A stretch of DNA of 62,915 bases, the filler included, from Basidiobolus ranarum (lineage: Eukaryota), in the NCBI GenBank assembly GCA_040143965.1. It is 27 parts of 27 records of this genome, joined end to end, with 100 filler letters (N's around TTAATTAATTAA, not from the genome) between each part and the next. Parts side by side here need not be neighbours in the genome. Positions count along the whole stretch, not along the records: positions 1 to 2,244 come from JASJQH010010466.1; positions 2,345 to 4,587 come from JASJQH010010467.1; positions 4,688 to 6,930 come from JASJQH010010468.1; positions 7,031 to 9,272 come from JASJQH010010469.1; positions 9,373 to 11,613 come from JASJQH010010470.1; positions 11,714 to 13,954 come from JASJQH010010471.1; 21 more parts are not named here. The stretch is one strand, 5' to 3'. The translations under genes and the position numbers were made by a program. Numbering within the stretch: the stretch's first letter is position 1; every line of letters starts with the position of its first letter. Below the pieces are notes generated by a model. The model saw nothing but the letters and a program-made list of their open reading frames with translations, ran no database searches and was not told the origin of the DNA. Of the stretch, positions 1-11,865 are shown one piece after another.

Positions 1-110
1 TTCGCCATAGACTAATTTTAAGGTGCAATTTCTTTTGATAAATTCAATCTGGATCGCGATTTGAAAAGAATTTATAATCTTAAATTGAACATGCCCCCTA
101 ATACTACACA

Positions 111-181
111 GCATACTTGGTTTAGTGGTATAATTACCGCCTGCCACGCGGTAGACCGGGGTTCGATTCCCCGAGTATGCA
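111..181 (+). tRNA. tRNA-Gly(GCC)
   Basis: Acceptor stem GCATACT/AGTATGC, anticodon arm ACCGC-CTGCCAC-GCGGT, T-loop GGTTCGATTCC, T-run terminator ~12 nt downstream. Confidence 0.95.
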
Positions 182-546
182 TTTACAAATCCTTTTTTTA
201 TGTGTTGTGACTCTTTCTTTGGTTCTATTTAGTCATCACTTTATAATATAGGATTATTCTTTCATACACGTAGCTTTGTTAAATATACACTCACAGCACG
301 GAAAGTAGAGTAGGCTACTAGTAGATATACTCTTTATCGACACGTGCAGTCAATTGAATCTTCCCTGCTTCAAATGCCTACCTTTCCTGTTTTCACTCAT
401 CAGACAAAGATTCAGATGTGAATGCGAGATTAGGGTTAGCGAAGAAAAAATTATAAATTGGATGAAGACAGTCACGCCACCAAAAATCATGGCTGGTTGA
501 TATAAAATTTCTTTATAACGCCCATATTATTTATATTTGAATGGAA

Positions 547-621
547 TCCTACGACCGGAGGATCGAACCTGTCTCAGTAGTATCAAATAAGGTACGCCAG
601 AACAAACATCACCATGTAGCT
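547..621 (-). pseudogene. Degenerate tRNA-like remnant (Glu/Asp-like ends)
   Basis: Minus strand GCTACATGGT...GAGACAGGTTCGATCCTCCGGTCGTAGGA retains a B-box and partial acceptor pairing; D and anticodon arms do not fold. Confidence 0.35.
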
Positions 622-845
622 AGTTTTATCAAGTATATATATCTCCGAGAATTTATCTCTATCTTGTTGCCTCACTGCCTATGTTCGAAATATTGGGGTT
701 GTACACTAACTCTGAAAGGTCACAGAATTTTTTTCTGTTGGATCTTTATTCTAAAAATATGCTCCACTTGGAATGCAGTGGCAACAGAATAAAGAGTGCA
801 TGCTTAATTTCAAAATTGTATGCTCAAAGCCTCATAACGAATAAT

Positions 846-918
846 GCCTTCTTGGCTCAGTTGGCAGAGCGTCTGCCTAGTAAGCAGAAGGTCGCTGGTT
901 CAATTCCGGCAGAAGGCA
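846..918 (+). tRNA. tRNA-Thr(AGT)
   Basis: GCCTTCT/AGAAGGC acceptor stem, TCTGC-CTAGTAA-GCAGA anticodon arm, GGTTCAATTCC, downstream T-run. Confidence 0.95.
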
Positions 919-1148
919 ATTTTTGTTGAGCATTCTTTTTATTTTGCTATGTGCTTGCAAAAAGTATACAGGAACTAATGCTGCGCTAGATAAGCGGAAT
1001 TTTAGCTAGTGTACAACATTAGTGAGTCTTAAACCTTCGTCTTATAATTGGATGTTACCAGCAATATGATACTGAATATCTTGCTCGTGGCTTTCCTCTA
1101 CTCAACCATTTTTTATTGAAACAAAAGATGTAGTAAAACTAAAAGTAA

Positions 1149-1231
1149 TGAAGAGAGTGGGATTCGAACCCACGCCTCCGAAGAGATCACGGCCTTAACG
1201 TGACGCCTTAGACCAACTCGGCCATCTCTCC
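1149..1231 (-). tRNA. tRNA-Leu(AAG)
   Basis: Minus strand GGAGAGATGGCCGAGTTGGTCTAAGGCG-TCACG-TTAAGGC-CGTGA, long variable arm CTCTTCGGAG, GGTTCGAATCC. Confidence 0.95.
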
Positions 1232-1478
1232 ATCTACACGAAGCTAGGGCAATTTGACTTTCATATTCCTTTGTGACATTTAACTTTGCCCATAATACTT
1301 ATGGACATAGACTCAGGATCTATCTCGAGTGAAGAGTAGATACCTGAATTTATAAGTTTACTCAGCAACTCTATAACAATTTCCAATTACAATTGTAGTC
1401 CCCCAGGCAAGCTGATGCTAGTAGAGCCTAGTTAACACAAATACTGTAAGCTATGTTTATTGGACTATATATTTGTTG

Positions 1479-1562
1479 CTGATAAGTCTCCATTTATAGA
1501 GCGGAAGACTGTAGTGTCATATGGCAATCTTTAGGTCCCTGGTTCAAATCCGGGTGTTCGGA
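1479..1562 (+). pseudogene. tRNA-Tyr(GTA) with short intron, 5' part degenerate
   Basis: AGAGCGGAAGACTGTAG + ~12-nt intron + ATCTTTAGGTCCCTGGTTCAAATCCGGGTGTTCGGA is Tyr-like; the 5' acceptor strand and A-box do not match the 3' end. Confidence 0.7.
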
Positions 1563-1853
1563 ATTTTTCCCTCTGTGACTCTTTTTCTTACATCAGTTTT
1601 GGCTGAATGTGTGAATAAAAAGTTTATATTTCATGCGAAATTCATGTCAGTGCCTAGGAAGTATACTCCCTTGATATGATATTCCAGACGATGGTTAGCT
1701 CTTTGCGATTAGGATGAACGTTAGATAGTAGATGTCTATTCACAAAAATGAGTGGAATTCAATTTCTAGCCATTCGGTCATCTCCGAAATACTTCATGCA
1801 TGCATGGATTGATTTTCACCGGAAAATGATCAAATGAAATATGTTCAAAAGAT

Positions 1854-1927
1854 CGCTCCTGGGTGGGCTTGAACCACCAACCTCCTGATTAACAGTCAGA
1901 CGCGCTAGCCAATTGCGCCACAAGAGC
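1854..1927 (-). tRNA. tRNA-Asn(GTT)
   Basis: Minus strand GCTCTTGTGGCGCAATTGGCTAGCGCG-TCTGA-CTGTTAA-TCAGG...GGTTCAAGCCCACCCAGGAGCG. Confidence 0.95.
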
Positions 1928-2167
1928 TTCAACTACATTCAATTGGCATTTACTACTGGTTATATCAAGAGAGATGTGTATAGTGGTCCACGACCAAACT
2001 TGGTAGATTGCCCCCTTTGAAGAAGAAACAGCTTGTTGCAAGTGATTAATACGAAATACCTGAACTGCTATTGCTATTCTAGGGGGATAACCTGGAGTAC
2101 AACACATTTTCAAACGGAGAACAAGTATATCTTTGAATAGCATCGTATTGATACTTGGATACATATC

Positions 2168-2240
2168 GCCCGGCTAGCTCAATCGGTAGAGCGTAAGACT
2201 CTTAATCTTAAGGTTGTGGGTTCGACCCCCACGTTGGGTG
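2168..2240 (+). tRNA. tRNA-Lys(CTT)
   Basis: GCCCGGCTAGCTCAATCGGTAGAGCG-TAAGA-CTCTTAA-TCTTA...GGTTCGACCCCCACGTTGGGTG. Confidence 0.95.
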
Positions 2241-2244
2241 ACTC

Positions 2245-2344
2245 NNNNNNNNNNNNNNNNNNNNNNNNNNNNNNNNNNNNNNNNNNNNTTAATTAATTAA
2301 NNNNNNNNNNNNNNNNNNNNNNNNNNNNNNNNNNNNNNNNNNNN
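2245..2344. other. Artificial contig linker (first of 26; recurs every ~2.33 kb)
   Basis: Same N-run/TTAATTAATTAA/N-run block each time (stops in all six frames); contig lengths decrease monotonically. Confidence 0.98.
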
Positions 2345-2641
2345 AACCAATGTTGCTAACCATTATTGGAAATACCTTGAAAATTCCCTGATGACTCATC
2401 TGTGAAACCATCTCAGAATCAGCTGATGATATTGTTAGGCTATACCAAAATACCAACCTTATGTAGGAGGTGCTCTTTTTTCTACAATATCCTTCTCATG
2501 CCACATCACAAACATTTAAAGAAGTCTTGCTATTATTGTCACAAATTCCTTTGCTATAAAAGCCAGAGTCTTCATAGAAAAAATAATTGCAAGCACAGTC
2601 ACTGTACAATGCCACCAGCCACACAAAGCCTGGTGAATACC

Positions 2642-2988
2642 TGTTAAAGTATTTGAGAGCTTGTTGGCAGTGGTTTGGAGAATTAGAGGAATTGGTGGTT
2701 TTGACTTATTGATTTATTGAGTAGAAAGTTGACATTTAAAGTTTGACAAGATGTAAACAAATAAACATGTAGAATGTGTTAAGGAAGGTCCCAGGAACAT
2801 GTGTGAAAAGTTTGGGGCTTCAAGCACAAGTTTGAAAAATTTGTATATCTGAGAACATCTAAGTTGGTAAAAATATTTTAAGTAAATTCCAACTGAGAAT
2901 AATGGGATATATCATAATGAATTATAAGATAACTAAGTGCTAAGCTATATATGACTATGTAGGTGTTTAGGCCAAGCTAATTTCAACA
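2642..2988 (-). repeat. Copia family A 3' LTR
   Basis: TG...CA bounded ~347-bp repeat, also at 38773-39119, 47825-48172, 57912-58268; purine-rich PPT-like tract and RNase H end adjoin it. Confidence 0.85.
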
Positions 2989-2999
2989 CTCACCCTCAA

Positions 3000-4310
3000 C
3001 TAAATAGTCATATAAACCAACCCTAATAAAGGTCTAAATTTCTCAAACTTCTGTCTAGCTAATTGTTTGGTTGATATATCAGAAATCATACCTTCTGAAG
3101 AAAAATAAGTTAAGTCATTAAACTTATTTTCTTAATCTGTCTAATGAATTGAGGCTTAATATCTACATGTTTGCTTTGGTTATGAAATATGGGATTTTTA
3201 GCTATTTTGATAAAACTTTGATTATCTTGAAATATTGTGGTTGTTGAATTTTGAGAATAACCCAAATCTGTTAAAAAGTTTCTTAACCATAATGCTTCTT
3301 GTTTGCTCCACAGGCAGCCACGTATTCAGCTTCTGTTGTTGAAAGTGCTACGGTAGGTTGTTTGTTTGAATTCCAAGAAATAGCTCCTTTACAGCAAAGA
3401 AGTAAGTATCCTGTTGCAGATCTCTTGTCTTCAATATCTCTTCCCTAATTTGCATATGGATATCCCATAAGATCAAAGTTTGATGTACAACATGTGTGTT
3501 TTAAGCATAGATCCACAGTACATTTCAAATATCCAAAAATCTGCTTAACTGCTATGATTTGTTCAGATCCATAATTTTGAAGATATTGGCACATAGCTCC
3601 CACAGCATATGAAATATCTGGCCATGTTCCAACCATAATATACATCAAACTACTAAACATAGATTGATAAGGAATTTTCTGGCTTCCATTTGAATAAAAA
3701 AACATCTGATTTGAGCCATTTTTAGTCATGTTAAGATTTGTCACCATTAGGGTAGATACTGGAATACATCCTTCCATTTTGAACTTCTTTAGTACACGTA
3801 GGATATACTTAGGCTGGTTTAAAGTTATTGTTTTGGTAGTTATATTCATCTAATTTGGATTACAAGATAGTACATTGGTTCACCAAGATTAGTCATTATG
3901 AATTTGGCAGATAGGCTGATTTGGTTTTGTCCAAAGTCTTCCAGTCATTGGTTGCTATAATAAGGTCATCTACATATAAGTCTAATATAACTGGGTTTGT
4001 CTTCTCTGGCCTGAAGTAGTTACTATAGTGAATATTACTCTTTTGGAATTTGAGTGTTTCCAAAAGAGTAGCTGTCATGCCATTCCAAGCTCTCAGAGAT
4101 TGCTTTAAGCCATAGAGTGTTTTCCAGAGTCTGCAAACTTTTTTAGGGTTTTCTGGGTCCATAAATCCATCTGGTTGGTCCATATAGATCTCCTCAGCAA
4201 GCTCACCCTTCAAAAAAGCAGTTTTAACATCCATTTGATGTATAATAAACTGATACTTAGCTGAAATTGCTAAAATTAATCTAATTGAATTCAACTTTGC
4301 TACCAGAGCT
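3000..4310 (-). mobile_element. Ty1/Copia RT-RNase H, degenerate
   Basis: HQMDVKTAFLKGELAEEIYMDQPDGF, LYGLKQS, LYVDDLII motifs; frameshifts and stops. Confidence 0.92.
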
Positions 4311-4316
4311 GAACAT

Positions 4317-4587
4317 ATGAGAAATATAATGAAAAGCAAGATGGTTTTGGGACTGAATTTTGTATTTCCACAGGATCTGGGACTATGTGAAGGTTGCCTA
4401 TATGATAGGGAACACAGACAGCCATTTGTGGGCTCTGGAATCAGCAAAATTGATCAAAAATTGAGTCTGATATGCTCAGATCCGTGTGGCCCAATGCAGA
4501 CAAAATCCTTAGGTGGAAAAAGGTATTTTATGACCCTATTGATGATAAGACAGAGTATACTTAGGTGTACTTTCTGGCCAGTAAGGA
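4317..4587 (+). mobile_element. Copia GAG-pre-integrase/integrase start fragment
   Basis: LCEGCLY..HRQPF and SDPCGPMQTKSLGGKRYFMT. Confidence 0.85.
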
Positions 4588-5264
4588 NNNNNNNNNNNNN
4601 NNNNNNNNNNNNNNNNNNNNNNNNNNNNNNNTTAATTAATTAANNNNNNNNNNNNNNNNNNNNNNNNNNNNNNNNNNNNNNNNNNNNATGGAACTTCCCC
4701 CTCTTCTGAAAAATTGGATGGAACCAATTATCAAGAGCGGGGAGGAGGCCCAAAATACTTTAACAAATATAAGTACCACGAGTTCCGTTGTACAACTTCT
4801 TTTTTAAGAATGAGAAGCTCTTCTGATGGAAATTCTCCCACATTTACCCTAAGAACCTCTGCTTTAGAAAGCCTGTCGCTTCTATGACATACACTACGTC
4901 CATCCAGATTTGAGCAATGGAAACTAAATATTGCTTCTTGAGGGTTTATGTGAGTAGAATGGGTGATGGAAACTAAAAACGTAAATCCAATGAGGGTTAG
5001 AAAACCATTAACTTTATGAGCAGCAAAATACCCTTTACATCATGGTACTGTTTACTGATGACTTTTCCGAAATACGACGGTCATTCTTAAAATGGGTTGC
5101 ACTGATTCATATTGTAGATCACTGATGATCTTCCTCTCTGTATAATAAACAAATACTGCACGATGCAAATCATGATCAGCCAATAATAAAACTTGATCAA
5201 ATTATTGCTAATTAGAGAAGTGGTAATCAATTTGGCAATATTCAAGCTACAAAACTACAATTTA

Positions 5265-5868
5265 GAGATGAGGACCCTGATGCTGATACCTACGCTCTTT
5301 CTCCCTATTGGGAAGGAATCATATCTTCGCTTGTGCGAATCACTGATACTAGCAATAACGAATCAAATGCTCGCACTTCCGCATATAAAGCAATCTCCAC
5401 CCTGCTCAACTATCCATAGCAATTCCTGATAGACTTGACGCTTCTATCGCTCAACAGGGCCAAATCATTAGTATCAATGAGAACAACGATTATTTAAAAT
5501 TGCAATTCAATCTCTGTGCCGTTTTAACAAATATCTCTGGAAAAGCGGGCAAAGAGGTCGCTGTTATATCCAGTTATTATGACCATTATTATTAAACTTT
5601 TGAATAGTTCGGGAAGGCAATCTACCACTCTAGCGGATATCTTTTTATGTGCTAGTACTATCACTACCTCACTCGAAGGAGAATTTGCTCATTATCTCCA
5701 GTCGTTTTTACCTTTTCTTTACTCTACTCTAGAAAATCATAAGGGGCATTAAGTGTCCATTGGATTGCTACATGCTTAAAAGAAGGCAGGTCCAGTCGAC
5801 ATCCTTCCGCTGATACTCGTGAGGTTACTAAATGGGCAAGGGAGATGGTAAAACGCGCTCCAGCTTAA
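5265..5868 (+). pseudogene. KAP95: Importin-beta (karyopherin beta-1) pseudogene with internal deletions
   Basis: Manual translation: ALSPYWEGIISSLVRITDTSNNESNARTSAYKAISTL; LQFNLCAVLTNI; TTLADIFL..LEGEFAHYLQSFLPFLYSTLENH; C-terminal TREVTKWAREMVKR*; broken by stops and frameshifts. Confidence 0.75.
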
Positions 5869-7030
5869 ACCAGCTAACTGTCTCATTTTCCCCCAGCAGT
5901 TGGAGGAAGGATTTCCACTAGATTCCTAATGAGTATCATTTCTACCTTACCTGCCCCCATTCACTTCATACTATGTAGCCCTGGCCTTGGCCATCACTCT
6001 TAAATACATATTGCTAATCAATTTGATTTTTGCCTCCGCCCTTTTCGATGGTTCCAGATGTCGTCTCTGATCAACATCGTACATTAGTATGTTCTCTATT
6101 AATAAGGTCACCGGTCTATAAGTAGACCCCTTCTCACTAATAGAGTACATTAGTTGATCAAGTCTGAGAATACTGGTCCTTAATGATTCCACCGCTGTCT
6201 ATTTTTTTGTGGCTGAACCAAAGAGAATTCGATCAATTACGTGATTGAAGTGACGTCAGATTTCTTGACTGCATTGGATATCTTTTCAATCCAAATTCGA
6301 GAAGGTTGGTCCGTTATTGATAAAGGAAATACCATCAACCCAACCACGATAGAAATCTAATATGAAGTTACAAATTTCATCCCCGCGAGTTCCTTTCACT
6401 CTAAATATTCCTTGTTTCCAAATTATTCGCCATGAGTACAGAAGCAGTGAGGACAGAGGATTGACTTTCACCTGTTGCAAACAATATCTAAAATTGAATT
6501 TTGTTACAGGCTAAACGACTTGAAAAAAGTGATTCTTCGAATACCATTACTACAATACACATAATCAACCAAAGTAAACCTTTTATGTTAAATGTTGGTA
6601 TCAATATTATTTGTTACTCAAGTTGCAGTTCTCTTACAGTATTGAGTGAATTGAGAAATGTCATACCTCAGAAATCTGGAGATAAAAGAACTCTACCTCA
6701 GGCTTCTACTCCACCACCAGCTGAGTTAATTGAATACTTTAAGAATGTACCCGAAGTAGTACACGAAAACACACTTAAAGAATATGCTCGCACAGGATTT
6801 GGGAATTTCCAGGACTCTCGAATCCTCAATGAGTGCCTTGGAACATATAATAAATCTTCGCCAAAAAATGGTAAGCCTATTAATGATTTTTTACTCTCAG
6901 AAATATTTAGTGAAACACCTTTTCTATAATNNNNNNNNNNNNNNNNNNNNNNNNNNNNNNNNNNNNNNNNNNNNTTAATTAATTAANNNNNNNNNNNNNN
7001 NNNNNNNNNNNNNNNNNNNNNNNNNNNNNN

Positions 7031-7115
7031 GGTCAAGAGTAATCCCAATGGGCTTAGCTAAGGCAGAAGTAGCAAGCACGGTCCAAACAGCTAGGTCAGT
7101 CAAGCGAAGTTGCAT
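7031..7115 (-). CDS. N-terminus of a putative secreted protein (cut by contig end)
   Basis: MQLRLTDLAVWTVLATSALA/KPIG signal-peptide-like; TATA-like TATATATA ~50 nt upstream. Confidence 0.5.
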
Positions 7116-9372
7116 CTTAATATTGTAGGTTGGAATAATCCACAGCAACGCGCAAACCATCTATTATATATAGATGAGCTTCCAGTACTTGTTGACTTCC
7201 ATGTAAAGCTTTTCTGATTGATGCTGTTTATGCCTTATCGCTGAGGAAGATTCTACCCTTGTCTTTTCATCTAATTCTGGAACAACCCAATCACTAGCCA
7301 AGTCTTTGTTATCTGATCACCTCTTTCTAGCCAAATATTTGTCATCTTTCTAGTTCCTTCTGGCTAAGCAACCTCCTTCTGACACTATGGCTACACGATA
7401 CACTAGTCAAGTCTTAGCGGCTGTAGAGGACAAGTAGAGTAATTCAGCAGTCTCCTAACGATGCAACTGAAGTAGCAACACAATGTTAATGACTCCAAGA
7501 AGCATGCGGAGTTATTCCTGAAAATGGAATATTCCCATCACTTAACTTAATTTAGCAATTCCAGCAGCTGATTGCTGATGGAATATTTTTGCACCCTACC
7601 TCCCTCCAACTCGCGTACCCACGGAAAGCATATTTATGAACCGAACATTCAATTAGTACCTACTAAATCTAGTGAACCATGCTCTTCGGTAAACAGATGC
7701 ATCCACAGGGTGTACAATACAATATCGTAGATTTGCCAAAAGGGGCATTAGGGGCCAAAAGAGAAATAGATATCAAATGATTTGTTCTGATACACTTGAT
7801 CTATCATTTCATAGCAGCTTTTCTTTTCCGTAGATTTTCCCTATTACAGTCTGGAACTAGGGTTAGTAAATATTATGCCTAATCTTCTTCTGCTTGTCAA
7901 CAAGCTTTTGATGAAATGTTCTTGGAATATGATTGCCTGATTAAGTAACATATCAAGTAATGCATCATGATCATGAAGTTAGGACTTTTATGTGTTTTAA
8001 TATCCGTGATCAAACATAGCCGTACATATTGGGCTGACTTATTTATCATTCTATAAAGGGATGTATTGTGGATCCATAACGGGGTGTAATGTGGAGGGCA
8101 ATGAAAATATTTGTACAAGTTTCTGGATTGAATAGATAGCGCAGCAAACTCTCAAGTGCTAAATTTATTGCAAATAATCTCCGAGTCTTACTTGGGAGTT
8201 TTTAGGAGGTATTGGAAATCATTTGAAGAACTAGACAATTATATGATTTCCATTTAATGATTTAGTAAAGGTATAATGCCTTGACAATAACTGTTGAAGC
8301 ATGTGGGAGTTGTTGGAAGCGGTTAGGAGAACTAAAAGAATTAGTGCTTTTCGCTAATTGTTCTATCTTGTAGAAAGTTATCATTTATCATTTTGGCAAA
8401 GAGTAAACAAAAAAACATGTCAATATGTTAAGACAGAACCCAACTGTTCGAATTAGCTTTAGTCTAAACCCCACATAGTCATATATGTTAAAGCATTTTG
8501 GAAGCCTGTTGAAAGTGGTTTAGGGAAATAGAGAAATTGATGGTTTTCACTTATTGATGAAATTGAATTGAAAGTTGCCATTCATAGTTTTATCTGTATA
8601 CCTTAGCAAGGGTTAGCACTGAGAAGTTCATAAAACCTTTGAATAGTTTCATGAGAAAACTGTTTTTACAAAAAACTTGCAAATTTTCATAATCAAAGTA
8701 TGTCTTATTTTATTATACTTAGAGCTTTCTGTGTACTGCAATGAGTTTGTCAATTGTAAGCAGGGGTTTTAGTTTATAAATTCAACTTACATCAATATAG
8801 TAAATGTAGAATTAGTAATTGTATTCATGACATGTTGAGAACTGTCAACTGTTGTAATTTAGTGTGTTGTCAACGTAATAATCAACAATCTAATACTCGG
8901 TGGAACTTAGCAAAAGTCTTTATTAGATCTCATGCTAGAACTTGTACAAACTGGGCGGTAATTCTATTGATAACACGATCTGGAATATTTACTAAATATT
9001 GAAATATTTGTTGAAATCTTTGTTACCCGTTACTAGTTTTCCCATTTACCCACTGATATATATGCCAAAGCAAGTAGTCTATTCAAGATCAGTCCTAGAA
9101 TTAGAAGCGTGGGTGCTTTATCATCAGATCATTGGCTGTGGATTCGGTAATGAATGGTCCGAAATGTGACTTGCTTAATGATTTTGCTGATATGAAGTTT
9201 ATATCAAAATACGATATGGCATGCACAATTATAATATTTCGATTTACAAATATACTATACTCTAACCATGTTNNNNNNNNNNNNNNNNNNNNNNNNNNNN
9301 NNNNNNNNNNNNNNNNTTAATTAATTAANNNNNNNNNNNNNNNNNNNNNNNNNNNNNNNNNNNNNNNNNNNN

Positions 9373-9951
9373 GCCTAGTACCGTCGAGAATCTAACAAAA
9401 ACTGGAGTCTTGACATCTGGATTGCGTAAAAACCTTGCAGCCGTGATATTTGAGTAGTCGCCATATGACTGAAAATACCCATGGGCTCCAACACCACGAG
9501 CATGAACAACACGTTCAGGGATACGTTCGTGATCTGATTTTCCAAGTATCTGATATTAGCCGATATATGAATGGGATATATTGAATGTTGAATTTACCAA
9601 AATGCATGATTTTTTCACGTAATTGGAAATCCTCCAGGAGTGTAGGGCCTCTTAAACCAGCCTTTAAGCTGTTCGTGTTATTAATCTATGTAAATAGGGA
9701 GTATGTTAGCCATTATCTTCAGCGGTGTAAAATGAAAGTAATCTCTTGAGAAGTGATCTGCATCAAACCTTGAGACCAAAGTTTGTCGTTTCATACGTAT
9801 TGGTATTGTCAATAGTAAACTCGTGTAGCTGCCTCTTTTTCGCGGAACCATCGGCAGAACCAAAGAATCCTTTCTCAAGGGCACACATCTGAGAAGAGAC
9901 CCATTCTGCTCCAGCGAGGAAAGTTAGCAAGACGATAGCTTTTTTCGGCAT
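9373..9951 (-). CDS. Secreted large-subunit monofunctional catalase, 5' part (introns 9686-9768 and 9534-9597)
   Basis: Spliced translation: signal-like N-terminus, [46 protein letters not shown]...[12 protein letters not shown]; both GT-AG introns keep frame. Confidence 0.93.
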
Positions 9952-11865
9952 AGCAAGAGAAACTGATGTGGAGTTGGAGGTCAAGTTAGGCTATATATAG
10001 CCTCATGAGTTCCACTATTACCTGTCCTAAATATTCTTAAAATAGCAAGATGTCATTGAAAATCCACTTTTTTCTACTCCCCATTATCACAGTGATTGTA
10101 TAATTGCTATATATACTTAGCCGATAAGAACTTGGACTGATATTCAATATCAACGTGATCGATCCCCAAGTTAACTTCATATATGTTTGCCATGTTTCTC
10201 GGTGTCGATGATCTGTATTACTGCTGTTACATGAGCTAACATCTTCCGGTTAATTGATTGGTCAGAGCTCCCTCAAACCAAATCAAGGTATTTTATGTAT
10301 TTTCCGATGCGTGAAGACTGCCCTATTTTTCGGTAAATCTGGGTGAGAGGAGTGCAGTTGGTTTTCTTCTTTTTGGGACGACAGAAATTTGCGATATTTA
10401 GACTACGCTTTTAACTGGGTGGAGAGATTCATGCCAATAGAGAGAAACGTTTAGCAATAACCTTGGGTGATGATTCATATGACGTCAATGTGGTTTTCCG
10501 GGGGATTCTGTTATTAAGTAGAATAATGAGCACGTGGAGGTGTTGAGATGCATATGAATGGTCAATTTCAAAGATCTTGATTTCTGGTTTACGTTTCGAA
10601 TCATTTGGATATATCAATATGGAATGCCACAGAATCCCATATAATAAAGACTAGGTCAATAGAGGAAGCTATGAAAACGACGCCCACCACTCTATGAAAA
10701 TTTGGTCACATTGACAGATGCGGTCTTAGTTCACTTAGTGTATAAGCACCGTTTCAAAGTTTATATCTCCAGCCTAGATCAGAATGGTCTGTAACTATGG
10801 TGATTGGCTCTAACTTAGAATGCCATCGTCTTATGTTCGATACCTGGTGTACTAGGCGCTTAAGAACTGGCCATTCCATATATCTGCATCGAATACCATG
10901 AAACAGGCTGTATGTTTCGGATAGTGCCTGAGAGTTTTCTGTCTCAACCTAATACTCCACTATTTTATCTACTCGGCATAGGACATATATGGTGTGATAG
11001 CCTGACCAGGGATTAGCCGGAGAAGGATAGGATAAATGTATACAGTTATTAATGAAGCAAAGGTAAATACAGATAACAAAGCCAGGATCACGCTACCAAA
11101 CAAATCAACTGGACCAAGTATAAGGATGGTTTTCCATTAGAGTCTGGAAGCGATAGAAAACCTGACCCAAAACCTAATTAAAGCTATCCGTCCAATAGGT
11201 ATATATTTATTAATAAAATTTACCCAAACTACAGTAAACGAAACATTGTTTGTCTTTTCGCATTAGATCCAAGCCTGAAATCTATAACTGACTTTCATTT
11301 TATACCATCATTGTACGATCACTGAAAAGGTTCCAAATATTAACAAAATACTCCAGCATTTAAGTTCGGTTTAATTCTCCACTACATTCCAATTCCATAT
11401 GCTCAAAGTCTGTTTAATACAGTGTTTTACTCTAAAATGAGACGATTGGAAATCCAATTGAGATGATCTGAAAGTTCAAATTAGACGATTCACATAGATG
11501 TAACAACAAAATCAGCTTTTATTTTTGAGATAAAATCCGGTTCTTTTTCAGACATTATTGTTGGCATCATTAAACAAAAATAATCAGCTAAAAGACAATA
11601 TATCAGTGATATANNNNNNNNNNNNNNNNNNNNNNNNNNNNNNNNNNNNNNNNNNNNTTAATTAATTAANNNNNNNNNNNNNNNNNNNNNNNNNNNNNNN
11701 NNNNNNNNNNNNNATAAGTGGGGGTAATAAGACATACTTGGTATATAGATATAGAGATATTCCTATTAAGAATATAGGGGCTATAGATACATTGCTTTCT
11801 GTTTCTGATATATATATCATAACTAAAGTTAACTATGATGTTGAATAAAGATTAATTATCCAACA

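Noticed and set aside
1748-1786. Possible collapsed Leu/Ser tRNA remnant on the minus strand
   Set aside because: Only short end-like words remain; cannot be folded
541-2164. Short ORFs overlapping the tRNA cluster
   Set aside because: No recognisable motifs; they overlap tRNA genes and are probably chance frames
2388-2408. CTGATGA...GAAAC hammerhead-like core
   Set aside because: No stem II pairing, and the paralogous copy near 29820 reads GACAC instead of GAAAC
6501-6930. 142-aa ORF at contig end
   Set aside because: No recognisable domain and no ATG-supported start
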